Source: Acholeplasmatales bacterium (GTDB lineage: Bacteria > Bacillota_I > Bacilli_A > Acholeplasmatales > JAEDCM01). Taken from it: 64,000 nt of DNA. Below the pieces are notes generated by a model, which saw only the letters and a program-made list of their open reading frames with translations, ran no database searches and had not been told where the DNA came from. Below are positions 8,855 through 18,994 of the stretch, piece after piece; the stretch's first letter is position 1; each line of letters begins with the position of its first letter. Location of the stretch: NCBI GenBank assembly GCA_017961685.1, contig JAGCWW010000003.1, positions 3,119-67,118 on the forward strand, read 5' to 3'. The position numbers and the translations under genes are program-made.

Positions 8855-9994
8855 TTAATCAATGTTATGATATCTCTTCTTATTTTCATACATTTTTTGA
8901 TCAATATTATTCATAAAATCATCAACTGTTTGTTTCTTAGAATTATAAATACTATAACCCATTGAAGCACTTAATTTATAATCAGCAATTTTTGATTCAT
9001 TAAATTTATCAATACATCTTTGAATTTCTTCTAGACATGCATCAATTACAACTTGTTTATGTGAATTAATTAATACAATAAATTCATCACCTGCATATCT
9101 TATAACATTACCCATATCTCCAACAGCTTCTTTTAATATTTTAGCCATTTGTTGTAATGCTATATCACCTACAGCATGGCCATATTTGTCATTAATATGC
9201 TTAAAATCATCTAAGTCTAGCATTACACCTGTAATATGTAGACTTTCCTTTTTAAAGACATTTTTTTGTAAGAAGTTTAAGTAACTTCTATTATATAAAC
9301 CAGTTAATTGATCACGGTAAATTACTTCATTTTGTAGTGATGCTAATACACCTGCAATACTTATGGCATAGCATGGCCAAGATAGAGTTAATCCTGGAAT
9401 CAATGTTTCCATAATTAAAGCTAAAAGTATTGGTCCAATATATAAATATATTGGGAAAAACTTAAGTAAACCACCTTTAATTTTATTTATAACAAAATAT
9501 ACTAAGGCATAAACCATATAGAATATATCTATACCAAACATCATCATATATAAAGGTTTTCTACCATATGAGTTATTATCATCAAGAATATAAATACATG
9601 GGACAAATAAGTTAACAACAATAGTAATTAAACCAACTACCATTGGTATAGCTAGTAATGCTTTCTTTCTTGTTGATGGTTCACATCTTAAATGTGTTTC
9701 AATTAATAACATCCATAAGAATGCTCCAACCATATTCGCAATAAATATGAAGGAATTAGTCACATGTCCAAAGAAACGATAACTCATTCCTGGCTTTCCA
9801 TCAATTAAATATGATACAACTACATCAACACTAGCTAAAAATCCTAAAATAATTAGACTAATTAAAACTTTATTTTCATATGTTTTATATTTAAAACGCC
9901 AGAAATTACAGTTAAATAGGACTAATAATAGGACAACTGCTATTAAATTCGTCGCATATATACTTTGAATATTTATTTCATTTGCAAAAAACAT
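8855..9994 (-). CDS. Membrane-bound diguanylate cyclase (GGDEF family)
   Basis: Multiple TM segments; RDQLTGLYNR, DLDDFKHINDKYGHAVGD, RYAGDEF. Confidence 0.9.
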   Translation of the reverse strand: MFFANEINIQSIYATNLIAVVLLLVLFNCNFWRFKYKTYENKVLISLIILGFLASVDVVVSYLIDGKPGMSYRFFGHVTNSFIFIANMVGAFLWMLLIETHLRCEPSTRKKALLAIPMVVGLITIVVNLFVPCIYILDDNNSYGRKPLYMMMFGIDIFYMVYALVYFVINKIKGGLLKFFPIYLYIGPILLALIMETLIPGLTLSWPCYAISIAGVLASLQNEVIYRDQLTGLYNRSYLNFLQKNVFKKESLHITGVMLDLDDFKHINDKYGHAVGDIALQQMAKILKEAVGDMGNVIRYAGDEFIVLINSHKQVVIDACLEEIQRCIDKFNESKIADYKLSASMGYSIYNSKKQTVDDFMNNIDQKMYENKKRYHNID

Positions 9995-10005
9995 ATTATC
10001 ACACC

Positions 10006-12195
10006 CTAAATTAGATTATCTGAGATTTCAATATTACCATTTGATATTTCATTATCAAATTCATCAATTGGTAATGGTTTACCAAATAGATAGCCTTGAA
10101 GTCTACCACAACCAATTTCATTTAAGAAATCAGCTTCTGCTTGTGTTTCTACACCTTCAGTTAAAGTCTTCATGCCTAAACGTGAAGCAAGACTTATAAT
10201 ACAATCTAGTGTGTCTTTTGTTTTTTCGTTCTTTTCGAAGTTTGTTAAGAACTTCATATCAATTTTAACAACATCAAATACAAAGTCTTTTAAAGTACTT
10301 AAAGATGAATAGCCACTTCCAAAATCATCTAGCCATATTGCATATCCTTCTTTATTTAATTCTTCTATTGTTTTGTTTAATAATACAGGATTTTCAGATA
10401 AGGCACTTTCAGTTATTTCAATATGAATAAAGTTCTTATCTAAGTTATACTTATTAACTCTTTCATTTAATTCTTTTTTAACATCCATTAATTCAAAATC
10501 TAGTCTAGAAAAATTAACAGAAACAGGAACAATAGGTTTGTTATTATCTTTTGCGTTCTTCATTTCTTTAGTTATTAAATCTAGCATATATTCATCTAAT
10601 TTATGAATTAATCTTGTTTCTTCTAATACAGGGATGAAATCTCTAGGTGAAATATAACCATATATTGGATCTATCCATCTAGCAAGAGCTTCAGCACCGC
10701 ATAATTTCTTATCATTACTCCATACAACTGGTTGATAATGAGCTCTAATATATCCTTTTTCAATAGCTTCATCTAAGTTATTTACAATATATTGTCTCAT
10801 TGTGAATAATTTATCAAGTTCAGCATTATATTCGTTATAAATTTCTGCATAAGTCTTTTTAATCTTACCACAAGCATATCTTGCTTTATCGATTGCTCTA
10901 TTTATATTTTCATTTCTTTCGGCTTTATATCCACCGACTTTTAGTAGGATATATAAACCTTCAGCTTCACACTTAACTAATTTTTCTAATACTGCTATTT
11001 TATCTTCATAGCCATCTACTTTTGTTAAAACACAAAAATGATCATCAGCTAATCTTGCTGAGAAGTCTCTAGGGAATGATGCTTCAACATCTTTAGCTAA
11101 TCTTGCTAAGAATTTATCACCATAGCCAAAGCCTTTTTGGGTATTAATTGTTTTAAAGTTACAAATGTTTATGAACAAATATAATTTATCATCTAAGAAT
11201 GCTGGATTCTTTTCTAATTTTTGATTAATACTAGTTACAAAGTTATGGAAGTTATGAATTCCAGTTAATGAATCAAAGTTAGCATCATGTACTAATTGTT
11301 CATCTTTTAATGCTTCAGTAATACGTTGATGATAAATAGAAATTGTGATTGTTGTTAAACTAACAAAGAAAGTTATATAGTTAATTCTATCTGCTTCTAA
11401 GAATTCTCTTTTATCATAATTTTCTAGGAACATACCAAATACAACAAATATTCCTGTAAGCATAATAATTGAAATATAAGGCTTAAAGATTAATAGACAA
11501 GCAACAAAGGTAATCATTGTTAAGAAACATGTTATCATCTTTATTTTTTGAATATTAACATTTCCATCATCTTTTACAAATGGGTTAGCAAAGTCAGAAT
11601 AGCCTACTTTTACACCGAATAGTAAACATACAGCTGCAAAGCAAACAATTACGAAAATAGATAATAACATATTATCTTTGCCTTTGAATTTGCTATATAA
11701 ACTGTTTCCAATAATAGATATGCCGAATACAGCCATTGATGAATAAACCATTATAGTTGTTGTTTTATTGATTAATGTACCATCGTTATATGTAGGTAAG
11801 TTTATTTCTGGAATTAATAACAAAGACCAAATGATGCATAATGAACCAAATACACTATTAGTTATAAATGATTTTTTGCCTCTCTTTTTTAATACATAGA
11901 AAAGTCCAAACATAAACATGGCGAGTGAACATATTATAAACAGACAATATAATCCTACCCATCCAAAAATCAATTGAAGTTTAGATGAGTATTCATAACT
12001 ACCTACTTTTAGAGTATCCCATGCTGGTCTAATATATTTTCTTGTTTGTCTAAAAATCATCCAGATTTCAAGACAAATGATAATAAAAGCCATATAAATA
12101 CTACTTCTAATATTCGCATCGTTTAAATGTTTTCTTACGTATTTACTATCTCTTCTAAAACCAAATAAGTCTTTCAAAAACGATAAAACTTTCAT
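10006..12195 (-). CDS. Membrane GGDEF-EAL protein, probable c-di-GMP phosphodiesterase
   Basis: TM N-terminus; degenerate GGDEF (RLADDHF); intact YQP, EALARW, EITES, LDDFGSGYSS, KID, EGVET, QGYLFGKP. Start moved to ATG 12195 behind GGGGTG. Confidence 0.9.
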   Translation of the reverse strand: MKVLSFLKDLFGFRRDSKYVRKHLNDANIRSSIYMAFIIICLEIWMIFRQTRKYIRPAWDTLKVGSYEYSSKLQLIFGWVGLYCLFIICSLAMFMFGLFYVLKKRGKKSFITNSVFGSLCIIWSLLLIPEINLPTYNDGTLINKTTTIMVYSSMAVFGISIIGNSLYSKFKGKDNMLLSIFVIVCFAAVCLLFGVKVGYSDFANPFVKDDGNVNIQKIKMITCFLTMITFVACLLIFKPYISIIMLTGIFVVFGMFLENYDKREFLEADRINYITFFVSLTTITISIYHQRITEALKDEQLVHDANFDSLTGIHNFHNFVTSINQKLEKNPAFLDDKLYLFINICNFKTINTQKGFGYGDKFLARLAKDVEASFPRDFSARLADDHFCVLTKVDGYEDKIAVLEKLVKCEAEGLYILLKVGGYKAERNENINRAIDKARYACGKIKKTYAEIYNEYNAELDKLFTMRQYIVNNLDEAIEKGYIRAHYQPVVWSNDKKLCGAEALARWIDPIYGYISPRDFIPVLEETRLIHKLDEYMLDLITKEMKNAKDNNKPIVPVSVNFSRLDFELMDVKKELNERVNKYNLDKNFIHIEITESALSENPVLLNKTIEELNKEGYAIWLDDFGSGYSSLSTLKDFVFDVVKIDMKFLTNFEKNEKTKDTLDCIISLASRLGMKTLTEGVETQAEADFLNEIGCGRLQGYLFGKPLPIDEFDNEISNGNIEISDNLI

Positions 12196-12297
12196 AACTA
12201 CACCCCCTATAAATTTAAAATCGGCGTTATAAATATATATTACCATATATTTACTTTAGATTAAACATAATTTTATTATTGTTTATCTAAAAATAAT

Positions 12298-12325
12298 AAA
12301 AAAAGGAAGTGAAATTCACTTCCCA
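12298..12325 (-). terminator. Intrinsic terminator
   Basis: GGAAGTGAA/TTCACTTCC stem followed by a T-run. Confidence 0.75.
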
Positions 12326-12329
12326 AATT

Positions 12330-13181
12330 TTATTTAAATTGAATTTTCTTAAATCTAAAGTAACCGATAACTAATTCTAATACAATTACAATTGGAGTTA
12401 CAATTAAGAATCTTCCAAGTGGGTTTAGTGGTACAGCATATCTTTTTTCATTTACTTCTACCCAACTCTTTAATATGAAGTCTTCTAGGCTTGTCATATT
12501 TTGGAATTCTAATGATTGATAGCAGTTTGTAAATGACATAACCTTTGTGAATCCTTCACTAACACCTAAAATTGCAAATGAACCAATTAAAGAAAGAATA
12601 AATCCAATAGCAATTGGTAATACGATACCTAAGGCAATACTTTGCTTATTAATTGAGAATATAATACAGAATCCCATTAAGACATAACTTAATAAGAATT
12701 GAATGATAAATCCAAATATTAATAAGCCTACTAAATCTAAGGTAAAGTCCGCACCTAAGCCAAATAATACAGTTCCAAATACTAGTCCAACAAATGATGC
12801 ACCAAATAAATAAACAAGTGAAATAATGAAATGAACTAGAATAATTGTGAAGAAGATTTGACTTCTTGTATAACCGATAATTAGTTTATTTCTAATAGTT
12901 CTATCATTAAATTCTTTTACGAAGAATATTGTAATAAATATTGGAGCAATCATTTGAGCTGTATTACCCATAACTGATACACCATTACTCCATGCAGCAA
13001 TACCTGATGTAGTCATCATTGCACCAATAGCACCTGATTCATCAGCATTATTTGCCATAGTTTCTAAGATTTTAGTAAGAAATAAAGATAAAATAACTAA
13101 ACCAATTGAAACGATAAAGCCAATTAATAATACTTTATCTTTTCTTGCTCTAAATAGTTCTGATCTAAATAAGTTTTTCAT
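12330..13181 (-). CDS. ABC-2 type exporter permease
   Basis: Hydrophobic; KEFNDRTIRNKLIIGYTRSQIF motif; overlaps the ATPase stop. Confidence 0.85.
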   Translation of the reverse strand: MKNLFRSELFRARKDKVLLIGFIVSIGLVILSLFLTKILETMANNADESGAIGAMMTTSGIAAWSNGVSVMGNTAQMIAPIFITIFFVKEFNDRTIRNKLIIGYTRSQIFFTIILVHFIISLVYLFGASFVGLVFGTVLFGLGADFTLDLVGLLIFGFIIQFLLSYVLMGFCIIFSINKQSIALGIVLPIAIGFILSLIGSFAILGVSEGFTKVMSFTNCYQSLEFQNMTSLEDFILKSWVEVNEKRYAVPLNPLGRFLIVTPIVIVLELVIGYFRFKKIQFK

Positions 13182-14083
13182 TATCTGTTACCTCCTTCGT
13201 CACTTAGAAGATTAATGAAGTAATCTTCAAGATCTTCTTTCTTTTGCTCGAAGGATTCAATTTTAACATTGATTTCTCTTAATGCTAAACCTAAATCTAG
13301 TGAATCTATTTCTTTATCTGTAGTAAATGTTTTATCATCTACTATTTCACAATAACAATTAAATTTTTCTCTTAAAACTTCTTTTACACCTTCAGTAGTA
13401 TTTACCTTATAGATGAATGAAACACCCTTATTTGCATGTTCATGTAAGTCTTCAGCAGATATTTCTTTTATAACTGTTCCGTTATCTATAAAACCGTATG
13501 TTGTAGCCATTTTATCTAGTTCTGATAGAATGTGAGAACTAATGATAAATGTTATACCTTTTTCTTTATTTAACTTAACAATTAATTCTCTCATTTCTTT
13601 CATACCTTTAGGATCTAGACCATTTGCTGGTTCATCTAGAATTAATAATTCTGGATCACCTAAAAGTGAACTTGCTATTGCTAGACGTTGACGCATACCT
13701 AGTGAATAGTTACCAGCTTTTTTCTTATCATTTGGTAGTTCTACTAATTCTAATGTTTCTTTAATTTTAGAATCGTAATCCTTTAAACCAAGTAGAATTG
13801 CTTGAAGTTTTAGGTTATCATAGCCTGTTAAACCTGCTTTAATAGCTGGAGCTTCAACTATTGCTGAAACAGCACCTAGACGCTTACTTACGTTTAATTC
13901 ATAACTTCCTTTTTGTGCTGTGATTAAACCAGTTATAACTCTAATTAGAGTAGTTTTACCAGCACCATTTCTTCCGACGAATCCATATACATCTCCTTTA
14001 TGGACTGTCATGTTTACATCTTTTAGAATTTCAAATTGTCCAAAATTCTTATAAAGATTTTTTACACTTAAAATTTCTTCCAT
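13181..14083 (-). CDS. ABC exporter ATP-binding protein (BcrA/lantibiotic immunity-like)
   Basis: GRNGAGKTT, YSLGMRQRL, LDEPANGLDP, SSHILSE. Likely start ATG 14083. Confidence 0.9.
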   Translation of the reverse strand: MEEILSVKNLYKNFGQFEILKDVNMTVHKGDVYGFVGRNGAGKTTLIRVITGLITAQKGSYELNVSKRLGAVSAIVEAPAIKAGLTGYDNLKLQAILLGLKDYDSKIKETLELVELPNDKKKAGNYSLGMRQRLAIASSLLGDPELLILDEPANGLDPKGMKEMRELIVKLNKEKGITFIISSHILSELDKMATTYGFIDNGTVIKEISAEDLHEHANKGVSFIYKVNTTEGVKEVLREKFNCYCEIVDDKTFTTDKEIDSLDLGLALREINVKIESFEQKKEDLEDYFINLLSDEGGNR

Positions 14084-14181
14084 AAAAATCACCCTTATTT
14101 ATAATAAGGCTCCTTTCATTCCTTAATCATTTTACCATTATTTAACCATTATATCAATAGTAAAATGTCTTTCCATTGTTT

Positions 14182-14210
14182 ATTATACACAAAAATTATT
14201 TTATTTGCAA
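14182..14210 (-). promoter_or_regulatory. SigA promoter of the ABC exporter operon
   Basis: TTGCAA, 17 bp spacer, TATAAT. Confidence 0.6.
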
Positions 14211-14265
14211 GATAAAATTATTAAAAATTATTTTTTATCACTCAAATTAAAAAGCACGATTGTGC

Positions 14266-15156
14266 TTAATAATTATTATTAATATTTAATTTATCTGATT
14301 TTAGTTGATTTTTAAGTTCATCTAGTGAATTAAACTTTACTTCTTCTCTAATAAAGTCAATAAATTGAACCTTTATGACTTCACCATAAATCATTTTATC
14401 AAAGTTAAAGATATGAGTTTCAAGCTTTAATTGATCTAACTTACCTATTGTAGGGTTAAAACCTACATTACACATGCCTAAATATCTTTTCTTATTGTAT
14501 ATTACATTAACTGCATATACTCCCTTTTTAGGTGGTACATTACCTAAAATATCTAAGTTAGCGGTACGATAACCTAGCTTTTCACCATTATGGAAGCCTT
14601 CAACTACAACTCCTTCAATAGTGTAACATCTACCAAGTAACATATTAGCTTCTTTAACTTTTCCTTCTTCAAGTAGAGCTTTAACATTTGATGAACTAAC
14701 CTTCATATCATTAACATATAAATCATCAATTACTTCTACTTCAAAGTTTTCTTCTAAGTCAGATATCTTTCCTTCATTTTTATATCCAAATGAAGTATCT
14801 TTACCACAAACTATTTTAGTTATACCTAAATCTTTTAAGTATTTCATGAATTCATCTTTTCTTGTTATAGCTGTTTCTCTAGTGAAATTAACTATTATTA
14901 AATAAGTAGGATTTAGTTTTCTAATTATTTCAATTTTCCAATTTAGAGCTGTTAAAAAACAATACTTAAAATTAGTTTTTAAAACAGTTAATGGATGAGG
15001 GTAAAATGTTATAACAACGCTCTTTCTACCACTATTAACACATTTATTTATTAGTTGTTGGTGAGCTAAATGTACGCCATCAAAGTTGCCTATTGTGGCG
15101 CATAAATTTGACCCTAAATTTAATTTTTTACCTAAATCTATTTTAAATACTCTCAT
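14266..15156 (-). CDS. ribF: Bifunctional riboflavin kinase / FAD synthetase
   Basis: GNFDGVHLAHQ, TFYPHP, VSSS, GYRTAN, ETHIFNF. Confidence 0.95.
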   Translation of the reverse strand: MRVFKIDLGKKLNLGSNLCATIGNFDGVHLAHQQLINKCVNSGRKSVVITFYPHPLTVLKTNFKYCFLTALNWKIEIIRKLNPTYLIIVNFTRETAITRKDEFMKYLKDLGITKIVCGKDTSFGYKNEGKISDLEENFEVEVIDDLYVNDMKVSSSNVKALLEEGKVKEANMLLGRCYTIEGVVVEGFHNGEKLGYRTANLDILGNVPPKKGVYAVNVIYNKKRYLGMCNVGFNPTIGKLDQLKLETHIFNFDKMIYGEVIKVQFIDFIREEVKFNSLDELKNQLKSDKLNINNNY

Positions 15157-15164
15157 AATTTCAC

Positions 15165-15761
15165 CTACTCAAAATCAAGTGCTCTACCTGTTTTTGTTAT
15201 ACCTCTAATTAAACCTATAAATTCAAATACTAAATATCCTAAAATTAATATTGGAAGTAATATTAATATGATAATTAAAACTAATAATCTAATTGGAATT
15301 AATATAGGCATTAATGATAAATCTTGTTCTTCTATATTATCATTACCAAAATCTTTATTTTGTTCAACATAATCATGATAATAATAAGGATTAGCTTTTG
15401 CTTTTTTAAATCTTAATTTAAATGCTTGAAATCCTCTAAATGTTAAAAATTGGAAGAATGTTATTAAGAAAGGTAGTGAACATATACCAATTATTACTAA
15501 GAAACATTTTTCATTAATTGTTATATCACCATAATGGAATGTAAATAAATATACTATAGTATCAGAAAATGAATCAATAAACTGGATACAGAAATAATGA
15601 TATAGATCTTTCATTCCATAATTTAATACTTTACTATAATCTTTAATTGGATTTAATTTCTCATCAGTAATATAAGTGTGATTATATATGATAATATATG
15701 CCACTACTAATATTATTAAAATGATACTCATAAAACTTAAGAACTTTTTAAAAAGTGGCAT
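15165..15761 (-). CDS. Hypothetical membrane protein
   Basis: 198 aa, three hydrophobic segments, tightly spaced between truB and ribF. Confidence 0.7.
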   Translation of the reverse strand: MPLFKKFLSFMSIILIILVVAYIIIYNHTYITDEKLNPIKDYSKVLNYGMKDLYHYFCIQFIDSFSDTIVYLFTFHYGDITINEKCFLVIIGICSLPFLITFFQFLTFRGFQAFKLRFKKAKANPYYYHDYVEQNKDFGNDNIEEQDLSLMPILIPIRLLVLIIILILLPILILGYLVFEFIGLIRGITKTGRALDFE

Positions 15762-15773
15762 GTAATCACTTCC

Positions 15774-16625
15774 TTATAAAATAATCACTGGTTTATATTT
15801 ATTATCTTCTACTGGCTTATATAAAGCTAAAGTTTTATTATTGTTTATTACTCTAAAAACTTCTTTAGTGTTTGTTTGTCTATTATCTAATATTATACCA
15901 TTTTTTATTAAAGGTACTAAATAATCTTTAACTTCAACACTTGGGAACCTTTCTATAACTCTTTCTAAAGGTATAATATTCGATTCATCAACTAAATCTA
16001 AGTCGATTGCTTCATCTATTGAATAATCGCCTAATCTAACCCTTTTAAGGCTTTTCATAGTGCCAAGCTCATTTAATCTTTCTGCTATATCACTACATAA
16101 AGTTCTTACATATAACCCTTTTGATGAATTAACAGTAAAACTAAACTCATTATTTAATATATCACTAGTTCTTTTAATTGAATATATGTTAATTAATCTA
16201 GCGCTTCTTTCTATTTCAATATCTTTTACAGCATATTGATATAACTTTTTACCATTAATTTTAATTGATGAATACATTGGAGGTATTTGATTATATTCTC
16301 CTAAAAATGAATTTAGAACTTTATCTATTTCTTCATTAGAATGAATACCTGGGTCTTTTTCTTCTACTATATCTCCATATATATCATCAGTTTTAGTTTT
16401 TAATCCTAATTTCATCACACAATCATATGTTTTTTCATGATCTACTAAAATATCTACAAGCTTTGTAGCCTTACCAACACATACAACTAATACACCGTCA
16501 ACTTCTTTATCAAGTGTGCCTGTATGACCTATTTTTTTAATACCTAATTTTTTCCTTAATATGCTTATACAGTCAAAGCTAGTCATTCCCTTTGGCTTAT
16601 TTAAAACAATTATCCCATCTATCAT
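15774..16625 (-). CDS. truB: tRNA pseudouridine(55) synthase
   Basis: KPKGMTS, GHTGTLD, QIPPMYSSIKINGKKLY, SKGLYVRTL. Confidence 0.96.
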   Translation of the reverse strand: MIDGIIVLNKPKGMTSFDCISILRKKLGIKKIGHTGTLDKEVDGVLVVCVGKATKLVDILVDHEKTYDCVMKLGLKTKTDDIYGDIVEEKDPGIHSNEEIDKVLNSFLGEYNQIPPMYSSIKINGKKLYQYAVKDIEIERSARLINIYSIKRTSDILNNEFSFTVNSSKGLYVRTLCSDIAERLNELGTMKSLKRVRLGDYSIDEAIDLDLVDESNIIPLERVIERFPSVEVKDYLVPLIKNGIILDNRQTNTKEVFRVINNNKTLALYKPVEDNKYKPVIIL

Positions 16626-18922
16626 TTAAAATAAACTATAGTGGCTCCGTTAAGCCCTTCTCCTTGTTCGCCATAACGATATGATTTTACAAATTTATTT
16701 GTTTTTAAATAATCCCATACTAGCTTTCTAATAACTCCTGTACCAAAACCATGAACGATTGTACAATTAGGTATTTTAGCACATACACAGTCATCAATAT
16801 ATTTATCTAAGGCAATATAAGCATCTTCATAACGATAACCTCTTAAATCTAGTTTAGTTGAAACTGATTTAAAGACTTTATCAGTATATTTTTTAGGTTT
16901 AGTCTCTTTTTTTAGTTCCGTGTAAGCATATTTTAAATCAGTAATTTTGAAATCTTTTTCTAGATTACCAAATTTAACTCTATACTTATCCTTATTGATC
17001 GATAAGATTTCACCATTACATTCATAAGGAATAATTGTAACAGTATCTCCAACCTTTAGTTCCTTTAAGTTTAAATTAACTTCTTTTTCTGTTTTAAGCG
17101 AATTAATCTTATGTTTAACTACCGCAACATCATTAAGTTGTGTATTTTCATTAAGTAGTCCTTCAACTTCTTTCATTAAGTCGCTTGCTTTTTCTTTAGC
17201 TTCTAAATATATTTTATTCGCATCATCTTTAGCACGCTTAATGATTGATTCTTGTTTTAATTCTAATTCTTTTATTTCATTTGCGTATTTTATCTTTTCA
17301 TTAAGTATATCTTTTCTAATTTGTTCATTTTCTTCAATTAGTTTATTTAAATATAGACCTTTTTCTTCTACCTTCTTCATTAATAGAGAATCACTATTAT
17401 CTTCATATAAATATTTATTCGCATTATTTATAATTTCTTCATCTAAGCCTAAATGCTTACTAATTAAGAAGGCATTTGATTTACCTGATATACCAAGTAG
17501 TAATCTATATGTAGGCATATAAGTTTCTTCATTAAATTCCATAGATGCATTCATTATTTGATCATTTTCATATCCATATTCTTTTAACGATGGATAGTGA
17601 GTTGTGATTATAATTCTAGCATTTTTATCCATGAAATAATTAAGTAGACTTATAGCTAAAGCTGAACCTTCAATAGGGTCAGTTCCACCACCTAGTTCAT
17701 CTAATAAAACTAAAGAATTATCATTAATATTTTCAGTAATATTAACTATTTTTTTCATATGAGATGAAAAAGTTGATAAGCTTTGTTCTATTGATTGTTC
17801 ATCTCCAATATCAGAGAATATATTGTCAAAAACGGCTATTTTAGCAGTTTTTACAGGAATTAAGATTCCGCTTTGAGCCATTAAAGTTAATAATCCTACT
17901 GTCTTTAAACTTACTGTTTTACCACCAGTATTAGGTCCAGTAATAATTATTGTTTTATATTTCTTTCCTAAGCTTATATTTAGTGGTACAGCCTTTTCTT
18001 TATCAAGTAAAGGATGTATGGCGTTATTTAATTCTAAATAACCATCCTTATTAAGTTCTGGTTTATTAAAATTAATAGAATAATTAGCTTTACTTGAAAT
18101 CATATCAAGTTTAGTTATCATATCTAGGTTATATAATAATTCATCAGCATATGAACTAATATTACTAGATAACATAATTAGAATCTTTTGGATTTCTTCT
18201 TTTTCTTTATTTTGTTCACTAATTAGTTCATTATTTATTTCATAAGTAGCTTGTGGTTCAATATATATAGTTTGACCTGTAGCGGATTGATCATGAATAA
18301 TACCTTTGAAAATATTTTTATATTCTTGTTTAACAGGTAGACAGAATCTATCATTTCTAATAGTTATATTAGATTCAACTAGCATTTCCTTCTTACTTGA
18401 AATTAATTCTTGAAGTTTGTTTTTAAGTTTAACTTCAAGTAATTTTATTCCACGTCTAATTCTAACTAAATCAATACTAGCATTATCACTAATAGTTAAA
18501 TCAGGTAAAATACATCTATCAATTTCTTTATTTAAATCGTTTAATTCAACTAAAGTATCAATATATTTAGTTAGTTTAACAAAACTAAATTGATTTTGTA
18601 GGTTTGTTTTAGTTTTCTTTATGTTTTTAGAAGTTTTAATTAATTCATTAATTAGATAAATTTCACTTATACTTAAAGTTCCACCTTTTTTAGCTAAATT
18701 GATAAAACTAAAAACATCCTTTCTATCACCAAAAGGAAGATTACCAAATTTAACGATAAAATTACGCATTTCATCAGTTTCATCTAATAGTTCATTAATT
18801 AAATCTAAGTCATTAATTGGTTTAATATCTTTGATATAACTAACTGTTCTATCTAAATTAGCGTATGCAACAATTTTATCTAATATCTTATTAAATTCTA
18901 AAGTTTCAAGTTCAAAATACAT
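16622..18922 (-). CDS. mutS2: Endonuclease MutS2
   Basis: ITGPNTGGKT, EQSLSTFSSH, DELGGGTDP, C-terminal Smr domain (LDLRG, VHGFGTG). Confidence 0.96.
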   Translation of the reverse strand: MYFELETLEFNKILDKIVAYANLDRTVSYIKDIKPINDLDLINELLDETDEMRNFIVKFGNLPFGDRKDVFSFINLAKKGGTLSISEIYLINELIKTSKNIKKTKTNLQNQFSFVKLTKYIDTLVELNDLNKEIDRCILPDLTISDNASIDLVRIRRGIKLLEVKLKNKLQELISSKKEMLVESNITIRNDRFCLPVKQEYKNIFKGIIHDQSATGQTIYIEPQATYEINNELISEQNKEKEEIQKILIMLSSNISSYADELLYNLDMITKLDMISSKANYSINFNKPELNKDGYLELNNAIHPLLDKEKAVPLNISLGKKYKTIIITGPNTGGKTVSLKTVGLLTLMAQSGILIPVKTAKIAVFDNIFSDIGDEQSIEQSLSTFSSHMKKIVNITENINDNSLVLLDELGGGTDPIEGSALAISLLNYFMDKNARIIITTHYPSLKEYGYENDQIMNASMEFNEETYMPTYRLLLGISGKSNAFLISKHLGLDEEIINNANKYLYEDNSDSLLMKKVEEKGLYLNKLIEENEQIRKDILNEKIKYANEIKELELKQESIIKRAKDDANKIYLEAKEKASDLMKEVEGLLNENTQLNDVAVVKHKINSLKTEKEVNLNLKELKVGDTVTIIPYECNGEILSINKDKYRVKFGNLEKDFKITDLKYAYTELKKETKPKKYTDKVFKSVSTKLDLRGYRYEDAYIALDKYIDDCVCAKIPNCTIVHGFGTGVIRKLVWDYLKTNKFVKSYRYGEQGEGLNGATIVYFK

Positions 18923-18994
18923 AAAGACCACCTTTTTTCGTCCTTATCTTTTATTTTAACAAAATAAATGATAAAATGAAAGTGGTGATTACAT

